This document shows, piece by piece, positions 59,243 to 64,000 of a stretch of DNA of 64,000 nucleotides (position 1 is its first letter; every line of letters begins with the position of its first letter). Both the position numbers and the translations under genes were made by a program. The notes under the pieces are model-generated. The model saw only the letters and a program-made list of their open reading frames with translations. It ran no database searches and had not been told where the DNA came from. This DNA comes from Eledone cirrhosa (taxonomy: Eukaryota), in the NCBI GenBank assembly GCA_964016885.1, contig OZ024742.1, positions 199,454,001 through 199,518,000 of the forward strand, given 5' to 3'.

Positions 59243-60796
59243 AAATATATATATATATTATATTATATATATAAAAAAGTAAGTCCATAGAATCATTAGA
59301 TAAAATATATATACAGTATTTCTTCTCCCAATCAGCATAATCAACCACACAAAAAATATATTATATATATATATATCTGTTAGAACACGAAAAGTGTGAA
59401 ACAACAGAATGTTCACTTTTCGTGTTCTAACATATATGCCTAGCTTCTTTAAAAATTTTTCGGAGATAGCCGTGGTGGTGGTGATCGTATGTCATTGGCT
59501 AATTTTCAACCAATCAGAGTACCTCTCTCTATATCTCTTCCACTGTTACTTACGCCTGTTTCTCTCTATCTGTTCCGTCTCTATATATATCTCTTACTCT
59601 TTCGCTTTGCACTCCTCCCCTTCAATACCATCTCTCCCCCTCTCTATATATTTGTTACTCTATCGCTGCACGCTCCTCTCCTTCAATATATCAATTACAC
59701 ACGCTTTACACTCCTTTATCCCCAGCGCCCCTATATATACACCCCCCTCTCCCGCATCTATATTTTAATGTACCGTTGTACCGTGAATATATGTGTCTAT
59801 ATATATATACATATATATTGTATATACACATTCATGTATGTGTATACACACTCATGTATGTATATACACTGGTTTTATGTGTGTATTGTAAATTTGTACT
59901 GTTAAAACACGAAACTAACATTCGATTGACACTTTGATTACCTGTACAGGCAATAGTTATTAGAATGCTGTTGAAGTGTGTATATATTTTTGGGGGACAT
60001 CCTGTATATACACACATTATATATAATACAATAAACAGATAAATACACACATATATATATGAGCTTATTTAATTATAAATATTGTGAATTTTTAACTCAG
60101 TTCAATTATATATATAAATGGCTTCTACAGGACTAGAACTGTTTCATTCGAAAGAAATCATCATAATATTGAGAGGGGGGACTAGATAAAATATTTCAAA
60201 TCAAATGTGTATAAGTTATAAGTTAAAATGTATAAATAGAGACGATAGTGGAGGTATATCTGTTTAGTGGAACAGTAGACGATAGAATTAAATACAGACG
60301 AGAATCTCCCTTTAATGAAACAGCAGACGATAGAATTAAGGCAATTTAAATTTTAAGCATTTGCATTTTTGCCTTTCATCGTTACGGGGTCGATAAAATA
60401 AAGTACCAGTAATACACTGTCACTAGACGACTTTCAAATTGAATTGTTGGTTCCATTTCTTTAGTATTTTCAATTGTAGTTATCTACTTAAAAAGCGTTA
60501 CACGGTTAGAGACATAATTCGTAAGTTATATCTTCCCTATTAAACCATTGCATTATTTCGCCTACAATAGAACAAAAATGAAATGTTCTTTAAAGAAACA
60601 GGAATATAACTTTATAAAAAAAAAAGTTGCATCCGCTTCTTTTATCATTGATCATTTTTTCGTTTTAATATTAATTGTTTTTTGTAGTTGTTTATATTAA
60701 AAATCTTACTGTAATATTTACTTAAACGAAGGCAAACATCTAAACTTATAGATTAATCTTGAGCGAAGGACTAGATAAATCTCTCTCTCTCTCCCC

Positions 60797-60827
<31 letters not shown>

Positions 60828-61945
60828 AACGAAGAATGATAAAATTTCAAGCAAAGAGTTTAATTAGGTATATTTTGTAATATTATTAACTAATTATTAT
60901 AATTAACGCGCATATTTTGCTATCCTCAAACACGTTTACACATGGCATGAAATATAACTAATCCTAGATGGCTAGGTTTCATCTTCTAACTGGATATACG
61001 AAATCCATTATGTCTTGACAACAACATGAGGTAACATTATGTTATTCACAGACACACTTTGTACACTGTTCCATATCAGAATGTATTTCCTTCGTCACAT
61101 TCACAAACAGTATTGAAAATATGTTCTTCGGCAAATAAAAATGTTTTGTTCATAATATTTCAACTAGCGATTGCTCTACTCCACGCACGACCACCATAAA
61201 TTAATGACCAGCTCAACACAAGTATTGGTAGAGCGTCAGACACCATGCTTTGCAGTATTGTTATGGTCCTTTGCATTCTAAGTTCAAATCCTGCCGAGGT
61301 TAACTTCGACTTTCATACTTACTAATTCGATAAAATAAAGTACCAGTAATGGACTGCCGTAATGGATTTGTGCCGAAAAATAGAAACACTATTAATGTGC
61401 AATAAGAGCAAAATATAACGACATTGCTCAATTATTTTATCTAATGTTGTAATAACACAAGGAAATGTTGTTTGTGTATTTTTTTTTATATTTGCTCATA
61501 GGCTTTTACAATTTCGCTCAGCCAACAACTATTAAAAAGTGAGTTGCTTAAGATAACAATTTAATCACAAATTGTTGCTATCTTTTAATACACTCCAACA
61601 AGTCATCAAATTATGTACAATAAAAACAAATCTTATTAATTTGCTCAGGGAATATAAAGAAAATGTATATACACTGATAATTGCAATTGTATGTAAATAT
61701 TTTGTTTTTGTATTGTATATTTTATGTTTTCTATTATGTATAATATATTGATTTAATATTGATTGTTTTTTGTAGTTGTTTATATTAAAAGTCTGAAAAT
61801 ATTTTTATACATCTTACACTAATATTTATAAGATAATTTATAATAACAATTACATAATCTAATTACATTACAACGATAATTTATTATTAATATATATCCT
61901 GTTTAACTAGAGTTATTACAAGCGTTGCCTTAAAAAAATATTAAA

Positions 61946-62900
61946 CTAGACATGAAAAATGCGCAAGCTCAAAAGTGCCACAGAATGTTATAATAAACCT
62001 TCAAAAGTGTGGGACTAGAGTTGTTGCTAAAAAATATTGTAATCATTATATATCGTACATTCTGTGGCATCCTTTATAAAAATAGCTTAAACCAACGAAG
62101 CCTTTATTTTTACGCTATTTCACTTAGTTAATTCTTAGAGTGTAACATATAAAAATAAATACATCTATGTTTAATGTAATAACAGCTATAAATAATTACG
62201 TAATATTATTATCATATACTCATAGTAACAAAATAATTGTGTTGAAACTTAATATGATGCTTATATGAACGATCAAATCTATAATGATAATTTCTTAAAT
62301 ATACTAATAGTAAAATAATTTAGTTATCTATTGTTACATTTTCATAGAACTATAATATTAACAATCGTATTGCATTATCAAATTTTTATCACTACAAACT
62401 TTCATATTGGAATTACCTTAAGCCACTTATTATTACTTCGCTTTCGTACTTTTACAGCTGTAGATATTGCGCTGTATCTTATATCTAATATCAATATCTC
62501 GTGGTAATTTGCATGAAGTGTAAAATAGGTTTATTAATAACTTTAATATGAAATGTATTATACAGGGCTGCGGAGTCGGCCAAAAATTGACTGGCTCCAA
62601 CTCAGGATCCGATACTCCATTATTTCCTAAATTTCAGCTCCGCAGCTCTGTTATTATATTAATTAATTTATTTTATAGTTGTAAATCATATTTTTATATG
62701 TTACACTCTAAGAATTAACTAAGTGAAATAGCGTAAAAATAAAGGCTTCGTTGGTTTAAGCTATTTTTTATAAAGGATGCCACAGAATGTACGATATATA
62801 ATGATTACAATATTTTTTAGCAACAACTCTAGTCCCACACTTTTGAAGGTTTATTATAACATTCTGTGGCACTTTTGAGCTTGCGCATTTTTCATGTCTA

Positions 62901-62902
<2 letters not shown>
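61946..62902. repeat. Long inverted repeat (~210-bp arms 61946-62157 / 62691-62902) enclosing a small MITE at 62560-62651
   Basis: Arms appear to be perfect reverse complements; the right arm ends ACTAG-mirror (CTAGT) at (TA)n. Confidence 0.85.
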
Positions 62903-62965
<63 letters not shown>

Positions 62966-63247
62966 CATATTTACATATATATGCATATACATCATATATA
63001 TATATATTTTTTTTAAACCCATCAACCATGACCCCCACCCATCTTGTAGACACCTGAAATATACGCATTGTTAGCTTAAGAGAAACTTAACAATAAGGAG
63101 TGGCACCCCAATTTGAACATGTTTATAGAATTCTTTCTGCGTTTGTCACTCTAAATATAAATTATAGCTTTAAAGAATTAGCTTTTAAAGAATTCCCTTT
63201 TCTTTCAACCAAAAGATATAAATACCAGCACATTTACTTGGACAGTC

Positions 63248-63298
63248 AGCTTCCTGATGATTTCTCATGAATGAAACAGTTCTAGTTCTGTAGAAGCT
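63248..63298 (+). ncRNA. H1 hammerhead (module runs to 63381)
   Basis: AGCTTC CTGATGA tTTC-tcat-GAAt GAAA CAG..CTG TA GAAGCT. Further H1 pieces at 45031-45225 and 60116-60163(-). Confidence 0.82.
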
Positions 63299-63378
63299 CT
63301 TCTATATTAAAACTTTATACTCTGCTTTGTATTGAGTACCTTACTTACTGTGGTTACCTCCGATTCAATCCGGAATAA

Positions 63379-63483
<105 letters not shown>

Positions 63484-63500
63484 GTACATATATACATCAT

Positions 63501-63549
<49 letters not shown>

Positions 63550-64000
63550 TATATTTATATATATATGTACATATATATACATATATCTACATAGTTTTAT
63601 ATATATATATATACACTTATATATATCTTTTTTCTTTATATATATATATTCATATTTATATTTATAGAGACACCCAAACACCCAATCCCGCCCCATACAC
63701 GTACACGTTCGTATTACAACGAACTACAGCCAGCTTAGCTTTACTTTAAGGGTCCAGCCGTTTGGAAAAGAGTAGTCAAGCCGAGATAAGATATTGAACG
63801 GCTGTCTTCCTGTGTCTAAGTGATATTGTCTAAACGGATAAGAGTCACCGAGTGATTGAGATGATGCTTTTAATTCGATTATTCTGAATTCCCATTAGAT
63901 ATCTCTTGATATCTCATATCTTTAGTTAAGTGATAAAATAAAATGTCAACGTGCTAAAGATTAAATACAAGAATATTAAGCCAGGTCTGGGAAATTATTA

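Noticed and set aside
63745-63883. Possible upstream exon of the mGluR-like gene on minus (...[11 protein letters not shown]|gtaaag, phase-compatible)
   Set aside because: Weak acceptor and no convincing Venus-flytrap similarity; needs transcript evidence.

Overview
Repeat-rich, AT-rich animal genomic DNA. It is probably an octopod cephalopod, inferred only from the SINE types and microsatellite load. Two host genes are supported. (1) The last six exons of a CCDC63/ODAD1(CCDC114)-like outer dynein arm docking protein lie on + (2347-29623), with GT-AG junctions and consistent phases. (2) A large terminal exon on - (51069-49555) encodes a class C GPCR (mGluR-like) nine-cysteine domain followed by a Lys/Thr/Ser-rich tail instead of a 7TM domain. 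The rest is transposon debris and satellites: a Tx1/L1 LINE next to (TATC)n, RTE and CR1 fragments, Penelope-like elements (PLEs), mariner/Tc1, Chapaev3, piggyBac-type MITEs and two tRNA-SINE families. The main unannotated signal is a set of type I hammerhead ribozymes (HHRs) from about nine unrelated families, nearly all in small (TA)n-flanked modules, often with an inverted partial copy. One family forms a ~467-bp head-to-tail tandem array (13595-15828) with one HHR per unit and compensatory changes between copies, consistent with a non-LTR retrozyme that could yield circular RNA. All structures were folded by eye; no database searches were run.
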